This document shows, in pieces, positions 40,695-51,757 of a stretch of DNA of 64,000 bases (the first letter of the stretch is position 1; the number at the start of each line of letters is the position of its first letter). Origin of the DNA: Lama glama (lineage: Eukaryota); assembly GCA_028534125.1 (NCBI GenBank), contig CM052817.1, positions 23,190,001-23,254,000 of the forward strand, given 5' to 3'. A model generated the notes under the pieces. That model was not told the DNA's origin. It saw nothing but the letters and a program-made list of their open reading frames with translations, and did no database searches. Made by a program: the position numbers and the translations under genes.

Positions 40695-43600
40695 GGGGGT
40701 AAATTCGGGAAGGAATTTCTTAGAGAAACAGATGATTGGTGAAATGTAGAAAGAAAAGGAGCCTAATTTGGGGGATGAAAAACTAAGAGAGAAAGTTAAG
40801 AATTTGTTTTTTAAAAAATAGGTCAATTTTTAAGGGAAAATGGAAATCCAGAAAGTGCATGCCTATTAGATCTTATGGTTTATATGGAGTAAATGAATTT
40901 TATCTGTTGAGCATAAAGTATGTGAAAATTGAAAAAGAAACTAAGAGGGGAAATATGTGTTTTATATATATACAATCTACTTTTTGAAATTAAAATAATT
41001 AGTTGGCAGATAGTTCTCCAGTGTCGTAGAAAAACCACATGCAGTGATTGAGATGTTGCTGGACAAATAGCCTTCTGTTTTTAAAGTTCCTAATCTTCCC
41101 TTTATCATGCTATCCAAAAAAATGCACATTGGGAATGGTATCATCTATATTTCGCTTGATCTCATGTAAAGATATTTTAGTTTTTAAAAATAGTTTTAAA
41201 AAATGAAATTCAGGTGGTGGGAAGAGATAATGAAATATTAAACACTCTTCTTGGGCTTTTTACCCCCCTTTTTTTTCCTTTACAGAAATGCTAAAAAATC
41301 AGTACATACAATTTCAGATTTAGAATGTTATTACTCTCCTAGAGGAAAAGTTTCTTTTCTGAGCTGAAATTTTTCAAATGGTTAAAGATTAATTTATAAT
41401 CCCTGTATGCAGCAATGTCGGTAATTCTTTTGAATGCCTTTTTGATATGTCATAGTCTGCAAAACAAAACTTTCACTGGAAAACATTTATTATTTATGTT
41501 CTTTGTTCTTCACTAACAGATGGGGATTCTCTAATAGAATCTTTTTAAAAATCATTAATGCATTTTAAAACACAAGTGGGATCTATGTTGAGTGCCCAAA
41601 TCTTTGCTTAAAATACTAATTTTGTAATTTGTTAACTAGCAAGAAGAAAATCCATTTAAATATTCTAGTTCACTTTGAAGTTTTTGTGTATCAACTAGAT
41701 ATACAAAATTCTTATGCCAATTAGTTGATCCAAAATGCAGATCTATTTATTGCTTGGCTTGGTAGCTAGTCTAGCAATTAAAAATTTTCCATTATTTTCT
41801 AATTGTAACATTGTTACTGGATTATCTTACTTTGAATACATTTGGATAAGTCTTCTAATAGCCAGCATAAAATTATTAAATAATGTGCTAAAAATAATTA
41901 TTCATCAAGCTTTGTGAAATATCAATCATTAAGAATTCAATTAAATATACTTGAAGTGCCTACATATTTTAGAACATAAAGATCTTTTGTTATTAAATTG
42001 AGGTACAAACCAAATACAACATATTTTTTCTCTTATAAAAATCTGATTAAAACAATATAGCTGACTTTATTTATAATAAAGTCATCTTTCTGTCTTAGAA
42101 ATTCTCATATATCCAAGATCATTTCAACAGTTAAAGCTAAATTTCTAGAACCCTTTTAAATAATGAACCAGGAATTCATTAAAAGTAAGCTAACAGTACA
42201 AATAAAATAAATGACTAATTTTAATGTTTGAAAAGGACCATAATCAGTAGTTGAAATAATATCTTTCTGAAACGTTCTCACTTCTAGTTTAGCATCTCTC
42301 TCGTTAAAATTGACCTTATGTGTGGATTGTTTCTCTCGGCATCCTTTTCATACTTCTATCTCTATGCCTTTCCCTTCCAATTCATCCCCCCAAATATTGC
42401 CAGGTATACTTCTAAAACCTACATGTGATCATAAAATCACCTAGCTGTTAATAGTCAATAGCAATGTATGTGCAAAGGTAACAGCCTAACAACCAAGGTC
42501 AAGAACAAATAGCAAAGTATCAAATATCAAAATATTTTTAAAGCTGTAAAATCATCTTAGTTTTATTTAATTACCATTTGAAACATGACACAAATAACCA
42601 TTTTATTTTAAAAGAGAATTAGTCAAATAGAGAACAATGTAACAAATATAACTAAACTGATAATTATAACTTACACCTAGCTATATTTAAAGAGATTTTA
42701 AGAATTTCAGTTAAAATTACTAAGTATACAGGAGCATACTTACATAATTTTTAAAATCTAACAAAAAGGAAGAGAAATGTGGAGGCTTCCAACCCAAAGG
42801 GAGAAAACATAATATAGCCCAATTTCCATTATAAAATATTATCTGAGTTATAGCTGTACAGAAGTCAGGAAAGTTGTATGTGAAGTTGTACAAAACTTTT
42901 GAGTTATGGTGAATGGTTAGGAAGCCATTTAGAAGCGCAGGTAAAAAAGTCCTAGTATATAAGGCAGAGAACTGAATTAAAATTTTTAGGTAACTATGTA
43001 ATCCAGGACAATCTTTTTCTATCAAGTCGGTGTTCTGTAATTCCTTCAACTTTGCCAGAGGCTTAAGAAAGTTACTCAAGAGGAAGGACTTCTGAAGACA
43101 AAGGACTGTCAAACAGAGAGGCTTTGTAATATGCAAAGATCATTGATCTTAAGTTCATTGGAAAGCTACACACTTCAAATGTAACCATTAGAAGAATTTT
43201 CACTCCAAAGTCTGATTCAGCCTTTTCCAATGCTTATCCCAAGGAATGCTATATTAAACATGTCAGTTATATGAAGGATAAAAGTCTCAATGCATCAGTA
43301 TTTGGGGAAATGCTGCCCACTCCCCCACCCCCTGAAACACACACAGAGAACTGCTTATAGCTGAAGTGTGCTGTGAACCTCCAAGTAGGAAACCTTACTA
43401 TGAACTTTTCTCATAATCACCTGCCTTTCTTGATTTGAAGGTATCCTCAGATAACCTTCCTTTTGATCAACCCAGAGTTGCCTGATTAGACTCCAATCAA
43501 GTGAGGGATGGCTCATCATGTTCCTTACACCAGGGGGCTGGAGTCTTGGGAGCCATCATGGACCTTGCTTTCCACGGTGGAAGCATCTTTGCTATTTTGT

Positions 43601-44864
43601 TTGTACTTTCATCACTGGCACCTTTGTGCCATTATACGCTACAGTTCTGAGGCATTATTAACTTCAGCAACAATTGAAGATGGTATAAACAAATAAAATA
43701 GTCATATTAAAATGATTGTTTTGATCACATGAAGCTGTTTCTTTTGAAGTGTTGATTTGTATAAACTCTCTCAAAAAACATCGTAAGATGAAGCTGTTTA
43801 AAACAGAGCCATTACCTGTGTTTCTTTGAAGTGACTTAATTTTTCTTACAAGTGATTAAAAATCACCATTTTAATCATATTATAAGAATCAAGTGAATAA
43901 TAAAAGAATACTGTTAACCTTTACAACACTTAATGTTGATGTTTTCATCTATAATATATTCATTTTCCTTTCTTAAAGGGATACTAATGGCTTAAGCTGA
44001 TTATCTTTTGTAAATTCATAATGTGGTAAAAACGAATAATTATCTTTTTAAGGATCATCATTTTCTTTTAAAGTTAGATGAACAAACATATCTTAAAAGA
44101 TTATGACAAATAAGAATCAGATTCCCTTGTTACATTCTTCTCTAGGTTTCTAGAGAAATTTATATGTCAAAATAGGTGTCATTTGGCAAGCACATGCCTG
44201 AAACTTAGATGTGCTCACCAGACGTTGTCTTTGAAAAATTTTGTGAGTGCAGAGGGAAAGTCACTTGTTCTGGACAGCTTTTGCGCCCTAAGATCATGCT
44301 AGTTAGCAAATCATACATAAAGGGCACTAATGAGGTTAATTAGAAGAATGCCTATAAGCTTCTCACTAAGGAATATGCTTAGAAAAATAAGAATGAGAAA
44401 GGTACAGCGTACGTGGACTTTCACAAGACTAAAAGGAGATTAGTTACCATGTTTCGAAGTGCAAGCAAATATTTTAAAGTAATCCTATTTATTTCCATTT
44501 CTGCTTTTCCTTTAAATCCACATATCTTTTGCTTTTACCATGTAGAATTGTTGTTTAGCCTCATATAATTTTGCAAAATCTGCATTGGCCCAAAATGACA
44601 TTCACTGAATATAAAAATACTCATAAAAATTTTCTGTTGGCCCATGTTTAAGTCAGTCAATAAATGTGTATTCTCAAAATACAGAATATGTTTATAAGAA
44701 AAACAGTTCCAAGTGTTATTCTCTTTGAAGAGTGTATCAATTCTGATTTACAGGACTAGTGCAAAAATGTTATAAGACAAACTAATGGGTAATGATAATT
44801 TTAATATGTTTACAGCACTTAATTCACATAGAATAGTTCCAAGCATAATTTAAATAAGCTCATA

Positions 44865-45835
44865 TACCCTTTAAAATAGCACCCAAAGTAATAAAATATC
44901 TGGGAATAAATCTAACCAAGGAGGTGAAAGACTTATACACAGAAAACTATAAACCATTGATGAAGGAAATTAAAGAAGACTTTAAAAAATGGAAAGATAT
45001 TCCATGCTCTTGGATTGGAAGAATCAATATTGTTAAAATGGTCACACTGCCCAAGGCAATCTACAGATTTCATGCAATCCCTATCCAATTACCCAGGACA
45101 TATTTCACAGAACTAGAACAAATCATAGTAAAATTTATATGGAACCATCAAAGACCTAGAATTGCTAAAGCATTACTGAAGAGAAAGAAAGAGGCTGGAG
45201 GAATAACTCTCCCAGACTTCAGATGATACTATAGAGCTACAGTCATCAAGATAGCATGGTATTGGTACCAAAACAGACATATGGACCAATGGAACAGAAT
45301 AGAGAGCCCAGAAATGNNNNNNNNNNNNNNNNNNNNNNNNNNNNNNNNNNNNNNNNNNNNNNNNNNNNNNNNNNNNNNNNNNNNNNNNNNNNNNNNNNNN
45401 NNNNNNNNNNNNNNNNNNNNNNNNNNNNNNNNNNNNNNNNNNNNNNNNNNNNNNNNNNNNNNNNNNNNNNNNNNNNNNNNNNNNNNNNNNNNNNNNNNNN
45501 NNNNNNNNNNNNNNNNNNNNNNNNNNNNNNNNNNNNNNNNNNNNNNNNNNNNNNNNNNNNNNNNNNNNNNNNNNNNNNNNNNNNNNNNNNNNNNNNNNNN
45601 NNNNNNNNNNNNNNNNNNNNNNNNNNNNNNNNNNNNNNNNNNNNNNNNNNNNNNNNNNNNNNNNNNNNNNNNNNNNNNNNNNNNNNNNNNNNNNNNNNNN
45701 NNNNNNNNNNNNNNNNNNNNNNNNNNNNNNNNNNNNNNNNNNNNNNNNNNNNNNNNNNNNNNNNNNNNNNNNNNNNNNNNNNNNNNNNNNNNNNNNNNNN
45801 NNNNNNNNNNNNNNNNAAAAAAAAAAAAAGAAAAA
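44865..45835 (+). mobile_element. Young-looking L1: ORF2 RT-to-C-terminal fragment, gap, poly(A)
   Basis: Translation [63 protein letters not shown]...GGITLPDFR*, then [20 protein letters not shown]-run follows the gap. Confidence 0.93.
45317..45816. other. Assembly gap (500 N)
   Basis: Run of N. Confidence 1.
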
Positions 45836-46409
45836 GCAATATTTAAGAATCATACTACTCTTTTACAACATTTATTTATGTCATATATCAGTATTCTTTG
45901 TAACATTCCTAGCACCAGGGACAAGATACCTATAAGTGAAGCTTATAAAATTTACTATTATCTTTTGAGACAATGTTTTTGTTCCAGTTCTCAGCTAATG
46001 ATATGCATTTGATATCATGAGGTTTCTACATGGCAGGCCAAGAGATTGTGAAACAAATCTAGTCCTTATCATGCTCTGAACACATAGCATCAGACTTAGA
46101 CTGCTAAGGAGTGAATATTTCCTGAATGTAAATTGCTTTCAGATGGAGAAAAATACTATTTTTTTCTAGATGAACAACTTTTCCTTTCCAGACTTTGGCT
46201 AACTGGGCTTCTGTTATCACATAGTTTTTCAGATGGAGTATAAAATCATGATTGAAATTTCTAACAAAATCTGGAGATTGGAAGATTCAAAGTTAAAAAC
46301 ATCAATACTAACTTACACAAAGTCCATTTTATTGGAAATGTAAGTAAATATTAGAAAAATGATTTTAAGTAGAAAGTCTGTAGAAAGTTCTCCTATCAGT
46401 AATGACAGG

Positions 46410-46610
46410 TACTATTTATGTAGCCTTTACTGTTTGCCAGTCTCCAAGGGTTTCACACAGATTTACTCAAGGATTCCTCACAACAGGTCTGTGAAGTAAA
46501 TACTACGATATACTCATTTTACACATGAAGGGATTGAGACACGAAGAGGGATGGTAATTCAGATAAAGACAAAACTAGATTTTCACTCAGACTCTACAGG
46601 CTCTTAGATC
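46410..46610 (-). mobile_element. MIR SINE
   Basis: attcctcacaacaggtctgtgaagta...ctcattttacacatgaagggattgagacac. Confidence 0.75.
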
Positions 46611-48313
46611 CTATCATAAGAATTGTTGTTATTATTACTTACTATTATTATTACTGTAACTTAAGATAGCAAAGGAAAGATCAAGTCACTAATAACCAGA
46701 AAGGTTTTTCGTTTTTGTTTTTCCAAATCTAGGTTACTTTCAGGTAAAGAGATCAAAGATCAAGGACAGTTTTACTCTCAATCAGAGCAGGATCGAGTTT
46801 AGGCAATGTTATTCATCGTGTAACATATTTTTAAAAGTCCACTAGTACAATGAAAATATCTTTTGTTTCCTTTGGAGAATTGCTCCTTGTACAACAGTTT
46901 ATGAGGAACATGACAATCTTCGAATCCCTTAAAATATTACCAGACAATTCATAAATTTGTTCCAGCTATATGTCACAACATGCCTTCATATATCCGCTGA
47001 TCTCTAGCTCTATTAACTACTTGATAGCTTCCAAGCATGCAAACATACTCTTTTTCTTCTCTTCCCATTTACGTGGGATGATTCCTGTTTTGGGGAAGGT
47101 TCTTCCAGCATTTCTGTGCCTTAGAACTTTTCTATAACATACGAGATCATAGAGGTGCCCTTCTGTCCCTAACTTGATGGTGGATTTTTCATATTGTGTT
47201 ACAGTGAACTTAACTGATATTTATTGTGTCATTAACCTAGACTGGATGCTGGAGGTAAGGTTAAAAGAAATAATTCCATTTCTTAAACTTAAAATCTAAT
47301 AGGGTGAATAAGAAAGTAAGCAGACCATTTCAGGTTAAATGACTACTCCAGTTAACTTGACATTTATAGGATTCATGTGGCAATGGAGCCATTAAACGGT
47401 CAAAGATTGATTAGTGATGCAGTAAGAGCACCCTACTAACTCCTTTTACTCAGAGACCACTCTGCTGTCATGATACAGTTTTCTCTGCTGTATATCAATC
47501 AGTCTCTTAATTAAAGCTGACCTTTCATTTAGTCTTTAATATAAGAAGCTAATGTACTGACTTAGTAACGACAGAGTTAGGCCACCTTACCCAGCAGGTA
47601 TGGGCCAGGTACAGGGTGAAAGTCAAGTCTTTTAACTTGGTATTTGTCATAAATAAGGTGCTACTTTGTTATTTTTCAACTTATTTAGGACCTGGACAGG
47701 GAAGAGGAATGATATTTATTAGGGCTCCTAAAAAGTCCTGATAATAACACAAGGAAAAATAAAAAAGAGTTGTTTTTGTAAGTGGTCATGCTGATGAATT
47801 TACAGAAGAAAAACAAATGTGTGGATAAGCTTTTGGTGAGGTTGGCTATTTGACCCTGAAACTTGGACTTCTGTGGGACAGTGAGGCATTTTCAGCTTGG
47901 TACAGTGTAGGGACCAGGTCGATTGGGTTTTTACAATTGAATTGAGGCATAGGAAAGAGACTGTGAACCTTTGGGTACCTAGCATTTCGACTTTGGCTTT
48001 ATCCACAGCTGAGTGGTTGTTTTTATGGAGCAGTGGTTCCCTAGATTAGCAGCATTAGGGCATTCTCAATTTGGCTGCAGTTAGGATCACCCGGGGGCAT
48101 CTCAGACAGAATTGTTGAGGGTAAGACCCTCAACATCTTGATTCCAAGATGCAGACAACGTTGGGAACCTTTAAGCAAAGATGAGGACGTTTGGCAATTT
48201 GCAAATTTTGGCAACCTCGGCAATACCTAAGATGCCTGTTTGTGGGGAGCAGGGGCAAGAAGCATACATGAAAGCCAGAACAGCATGTCAGTTACAAGCT
48301 ATTGGGTTCAAAG

Positions 48314-48452
48314 TGCAATGGACTGGATGTGTGTGCCCTCCCCAAAATTATATGTGGAAATCCTAACACCCGGTATGATGGTATTTGAGGGCAGGGCCTT
48401 TGGGAGGTAATTAGTTCACAAGTGTGGAGCCCTCATGAATGGAGTTAATGCC
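48314..48452 (+). mobile_element. MLT1A-type MaLR LTR, 5' part (target of the ERV insertion)
   Basis: tgcaatggactggatgtgtgtgccctccccaaaattatatgtggaaatcctaac...gggcctttgggaggtaattag...ccctcatgaatggagttaatgcc. Confidence 0.9.
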
Positions 48453-48805
48453 TGTCAGCCAAGGGAGGCTGGAGAGGGATTTGAGGTGAGCTGTGCAACT
48501 GGAAGAAGGTGTGAGGAGCCAACATAATGCACGAGCAGCCAAAATGGAGCAAAACAGCACTTTATTGCAGTACAAGCGGGTGGCGCACGCGGCGGGCAGC
48601 CCCCGGGTGTATGCACTTGTCCTTTTATAATGCAAGTGGCGCATGCGTAGTGTCCATAATGCTGACTCACGCTACTGGCCCATGCGTGGTGTTTATAATG
48701 CTTATTCATGCTACTGGCGCATGCGTACATTTACCTCTTTCCAGGTGCAAGCTATTGTGAACTTTGTCCTGGGCCCCGCAGCATACTTACTTAAGGCTGC
48801 CAACA
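48453..48805 (-). mobile_element. 3' LTR (353 bp)
   Basis: tgtcagcc...ggctgccaaca; direct repeat of 51758-52091. Minus-strand TATAAAA (48623-48629) and AATAAA (48561-48566). Confidence 0.95.
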
Positions 48806-48813
48806 CTCCCCCT
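48806..48813 (-). promoter_or_regulatory. Polypurine tract
   Basis: Minus strand AGGGGGAG immediately precedes the TG of the 3' LTR. Confidence 0.85.
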
Positions 48814-48849
48814 AGGTCATGGGGACCCTGGCCCATATTGCGGAGCCCT

Positions 48850-49410
48850 GTGAGAATAGCACATGTGCCGCCTTGGTTTGCAGTGAGAATATCTAATGCC
48901 ATCCTGTTTTGTAAGACCACCTTCCACGCTTGGGTGGCCTCATATAATAATTCCTCTGTGGCTTTCCTAGTAGCATTTAATGCTGCTGATATGTGCTGAG
49001 CTAAAGCTTCTATCTGCAACTCTACACTGATGGGCCCGGCCCCAGGCAGGAACAGGGCCATGAAATAAAACCACCAAGCTGCACGCTTTTCACAGTGCCA
49101 CTGGGTGTGCAGCAGATCCCAGTTCATGGGGCGCTCTGTTAAAGTGGGCCGATGTTCCCAGGTGAGTAAGCTTTACCCCAAGTACAGCACCCTCTCCACT
49201 CAGCTGGGCGATATGACCATCCGTGGGTGCCACATACCCATAGATACCCTGGCGGCAGGAAATCGGTGGGTTTCATGCCAGTCAAACACCATCCATCCCA
49301 CCAAGTGGAGGCATTTACATTGCGAGTGAGGTTGGCATGTAGTCCTTTGGGGAGCGACCCCATTGTGCATTTTGGGGCCTCACGTTCAAACCGCTGCTCA
49401 ATACAGAAGG
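48850..49410 (-). pseudogene. env: env remnant: SU C-terminus, degenerate furin site, fusion peptide, TM ectodomain with ISD
   Basis: PPGYLWVCGTHGWSYRPAEWRGCCTWG (SU motif), then a frameshift. CEKR|AAWWFYFMALFLPGAG (cleavage site 49083-49094 plus fusion peptide). LQNRMALDILTANQGGTC (48861-48914, CKS-17-like ISD). Truncated before the CC of CX6CC and before the membrane anchor. Confidence 0.9.
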
Positions 49411-49499
49411 GGCTTAAACGTGTCAATTTTATATGAACAAGTACTGCCATAGAGCAGATTCCCCTGCCTTCTAAGTACTGCCATGGAGCAGGTTCCCCT

Positions 49500-51020
49500 G
49501 CAAAAGCTTCTCTAGTGGGCTCATGCCAGAAGGCTTCAGTGGCAGGGTGCGGTGCTACTGCAACCTAACTGGGTGGACTGCCCTTCCAAGAATAATCTGT
49601 ATACCAAGCAGTTCCCCAGGGGTGGCTTTTTCCCTTTGTGAAAGGGACTAGGTGCGGAGTCCACCCCCTGATATGGGAGCGTCTGTACAACAGGCGCAAC
49701 AAACTCCACAGACCCTAACACCTGCTGCAACTCTGCAGCCAAGAAGGCTGGTGGCGTATTGGGCCCTCTGTTCTAAATAAGCACCCCACTTCATCAGAGT
49801 TGGGGTCTGTGCAGTCCCCTATCGGGGTTGCCTTGCCCATGTGTGTATCTATCTTGCAATGGGGTATGCGGTCTGTACCTGGACCTCTTGCCTCCCTGTC
49901 AGGGGTTCAGTGGCTATCAAGGATGCATACACTGCTAACAATTGTTTCTCAATTAAAGAATAATGATACTCAGCCCCTTTCCACAACTGAGACCAGAACC
50001 CTATAGGCACCTTCTGTTGCCCATGTTTTTGCCGTAAGCCCGAACCATATCCATCATCGTCCACATGGACTGTTAACCAGAAAGGAAGGCTGGATCTATA
50101 GTGCGCAACGCTTGCACTTGGGCCACTGCCCTCTTAGTTTCTACAAATGCACGTTTGGCCCCATCTGTCCAATCCCAGACTTCTCCCTTCATAATCAATT
50201 TATAAAGGGGTTTAGCTATTTGGGCCAAATGAGGAATAAACGCCCGCCAGTATCCCAGAAGACCTAAGTAAGTCTGTAACTGTTTAACCATCTTGGGGCG
50301 GGAATATGCCTGGATCTTGTCTATTACCGCCGCAGGCAGCACTTTATCTTACCCGACCAGACAACACCCAAGAATTTGACAGAATATCCAGGTCCTTGCA
50401 CTTTGTCCTCATTCACGGCCCACCACCAGCCCGCTAGGGCTTCTCGCAGCACTGTGGCAGTGGTTTCCAAATCTGAAAGAAAATCAGAGGTTAGCATTTT
50501 GTCATCTATGTAATGGAACAAATGAACAGTATCCGGTTTGTTCCATGTACCCAGCTCCTGGGCGACCAGGCCATGACACAGAGTGGGGCTGTGCAGCTAT
50601 CCCTGCAGCAACACAACAAATGTCCATTGTCTGCCTTCCCAGATGAAGGAAAACTGTTCTTGGCTCTCAGGGGCTATATCTATAGAGAAGAATGCATTAG
50701 CCAGGTCAACCACACAGTGACAAGTACCCAGTTCATGGGACAGCTGGCCCATTAAATCTGTTATATTTGGCACAGCTGCATGCATGGGGGGTGACTTTGT
50801 TCAGTTCTCGATAGTCCACTGTCATCATCCAGGAGCCGTCTGGCTTCTGCACTGGCCACACTTGAGAGTTATATGGGCTATGCTTGCCCGAGTAATACCG
50901 GCTTCCTCAAGCTTTAAAATAATCCAGAGTCTCATTGTAGCCTCTGGGAAACCAATATTGCTGAATATTCACCACTCGAGCAGCCTGTGGCAGACTCAGA
51001 GGTGCAAGATGAGGGTGACC
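49500..51020 (-). pseudogene. pol: pol remnant: RT, connection/tether and N-terminal RNase H; no integrase
   Basis: VVDLANAFFSIDIAPESQEQFSFIWEGRQWTF; YIDD at 50501-50512; KVQGPGYSVKFLGVVW; LQTYLGLLGYWRAFIPHL; PIGFWSQLWKGAE..YSLIEKQLLA; RNase H WYTD at 49595-49606. Several frameshifts and stops. Confidence 0.93.
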
Positions 51021-51029
51021 CCGTATGAC

Positions 51030-51401
51030 TGTTCACTACACGAACTCTCAGGTGAAATTCCCCTTGGGTCGTCTGTATTTGCAATCCTTGCAAAATGTCT
51101 GTCCCCAGGATATACTCACTACGGGGGATATATATACTTCATATGCAGCAGGGGGCAAGCGGCCAATACCCAAAGTCAGAGTCACTCGTTTAACTCACAT
51201 TTGCTTGCTTCCATATCCCTCTATATCAACCCATGTTCCCAGAAAGCCATCCGGATTTCCATGCAATAATGTAATTTTGGCTCCTGGATCTATTAATGCT
51301 AATACCTGCTGTTTGTTCATGGGGGACCAGTGGATAGTCAGTTCAACGTGTGGCCTCCGGTCACCTGGGATCCCCACGTCCTGGACACCTTGGCCTTCCC
51401 C
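51030..51401 (-). pseudogene. pro: Aspartic protease remnant
   Basis: GDRRPHVELTIHWSPMNKQQVLALIDPGAKITLLHGNP. The catalytic DTGA motif reads DPGA (51279-51290). A later ILGTDIL motif is present, with one in-frame stop. Confidence 0.88.
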
Positions 51402-51700
51402 CTAATCTGGGAGGAGATCACTAGGGCCATTTCTTGGGCCTGTAGGGAGGTTGGCAATGGGGTATATTGTTGCTCGGGCTGTGATTTCTTCCATAGGGCC
51501 ATCAGGACCTCCAGTTTCACCAGCTGCTGCACCACGGGTCGTAGACTCAGCGGACCAGGGGGACTGGGCTTACTGCTCTCGGTAGGTGGTGGAACTGGAG
51601 CCATGCAGGCGTCCTTACTGTCATACTGAGTCTCTGCTCGAGTTCCTCCTCCTTGTGCTGCAACTGCTCCACTTGTATCTGTAATTCATGCAGGCTTCCC
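51402..51700 (-). pseudogene. gag: Very short gag remnant (capsid region apparently deleted)
   Basis: Coiled-coil-like LHELQIQVEQLQHKEEELEQRL, Pro-rich APVPPPTESSKPSPPGP, then LRPVVQQLVKLEVLMALWKK. A TAG at 51402-51404 is in frame with pro. Only ~0.3 kb lies between the PBS and pro. Confidence 0.65.
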
Positions 51701-51737
51701 TGTCAGAGGAAGGGGGAACAGAAGGGGCACTTACTTC

Positions 51738-51755
51738 ATCCTGCCGGCTGTGCCA
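51738..51755 (-). promoter_or_regulatory. Primer-binding site, tRNA-Ser-like
   Basis: Minus strand TGGCACAGCCGGCAGGAT lies 2 nt after the 5' LTR. It matches 15/18 to TGGCGTAGTCGGCAGGAT, the complement of the tRNA-Ser(AGA) 3' end as I recall it. Confidence 0.85.
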
Positions 51756-51757
51756 AG

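Noticed and set aside
42720..43136. 138-aa minus-strand ORF
   Set aside because: AT-rich composition and no recognisable domain; likely chance.
45173..46012. ORFs of 196-243 aa
   Set aside because: Artefacts of translating through the 500-N gap.
48625..48727. Regularly spaced palindromic repeats resembling a CRISPR array
   Set aside because: Mammalian DNA; the units are tandem LTR U3 repeats with similar rather than unique spacers, duplicated in both LTRs, with no cas genes.
48711..49450. Functional syncytin or env gene
   Set aside because: No signal peptide, SU frameshift, mutated furin site, and missing CX6CC and transmembrane anchor.
49500..51401. Replication-competent pro-pol
   Set aside because: DPGA in place of DTGA, multiple frameshifts and stops, and integrase absent.
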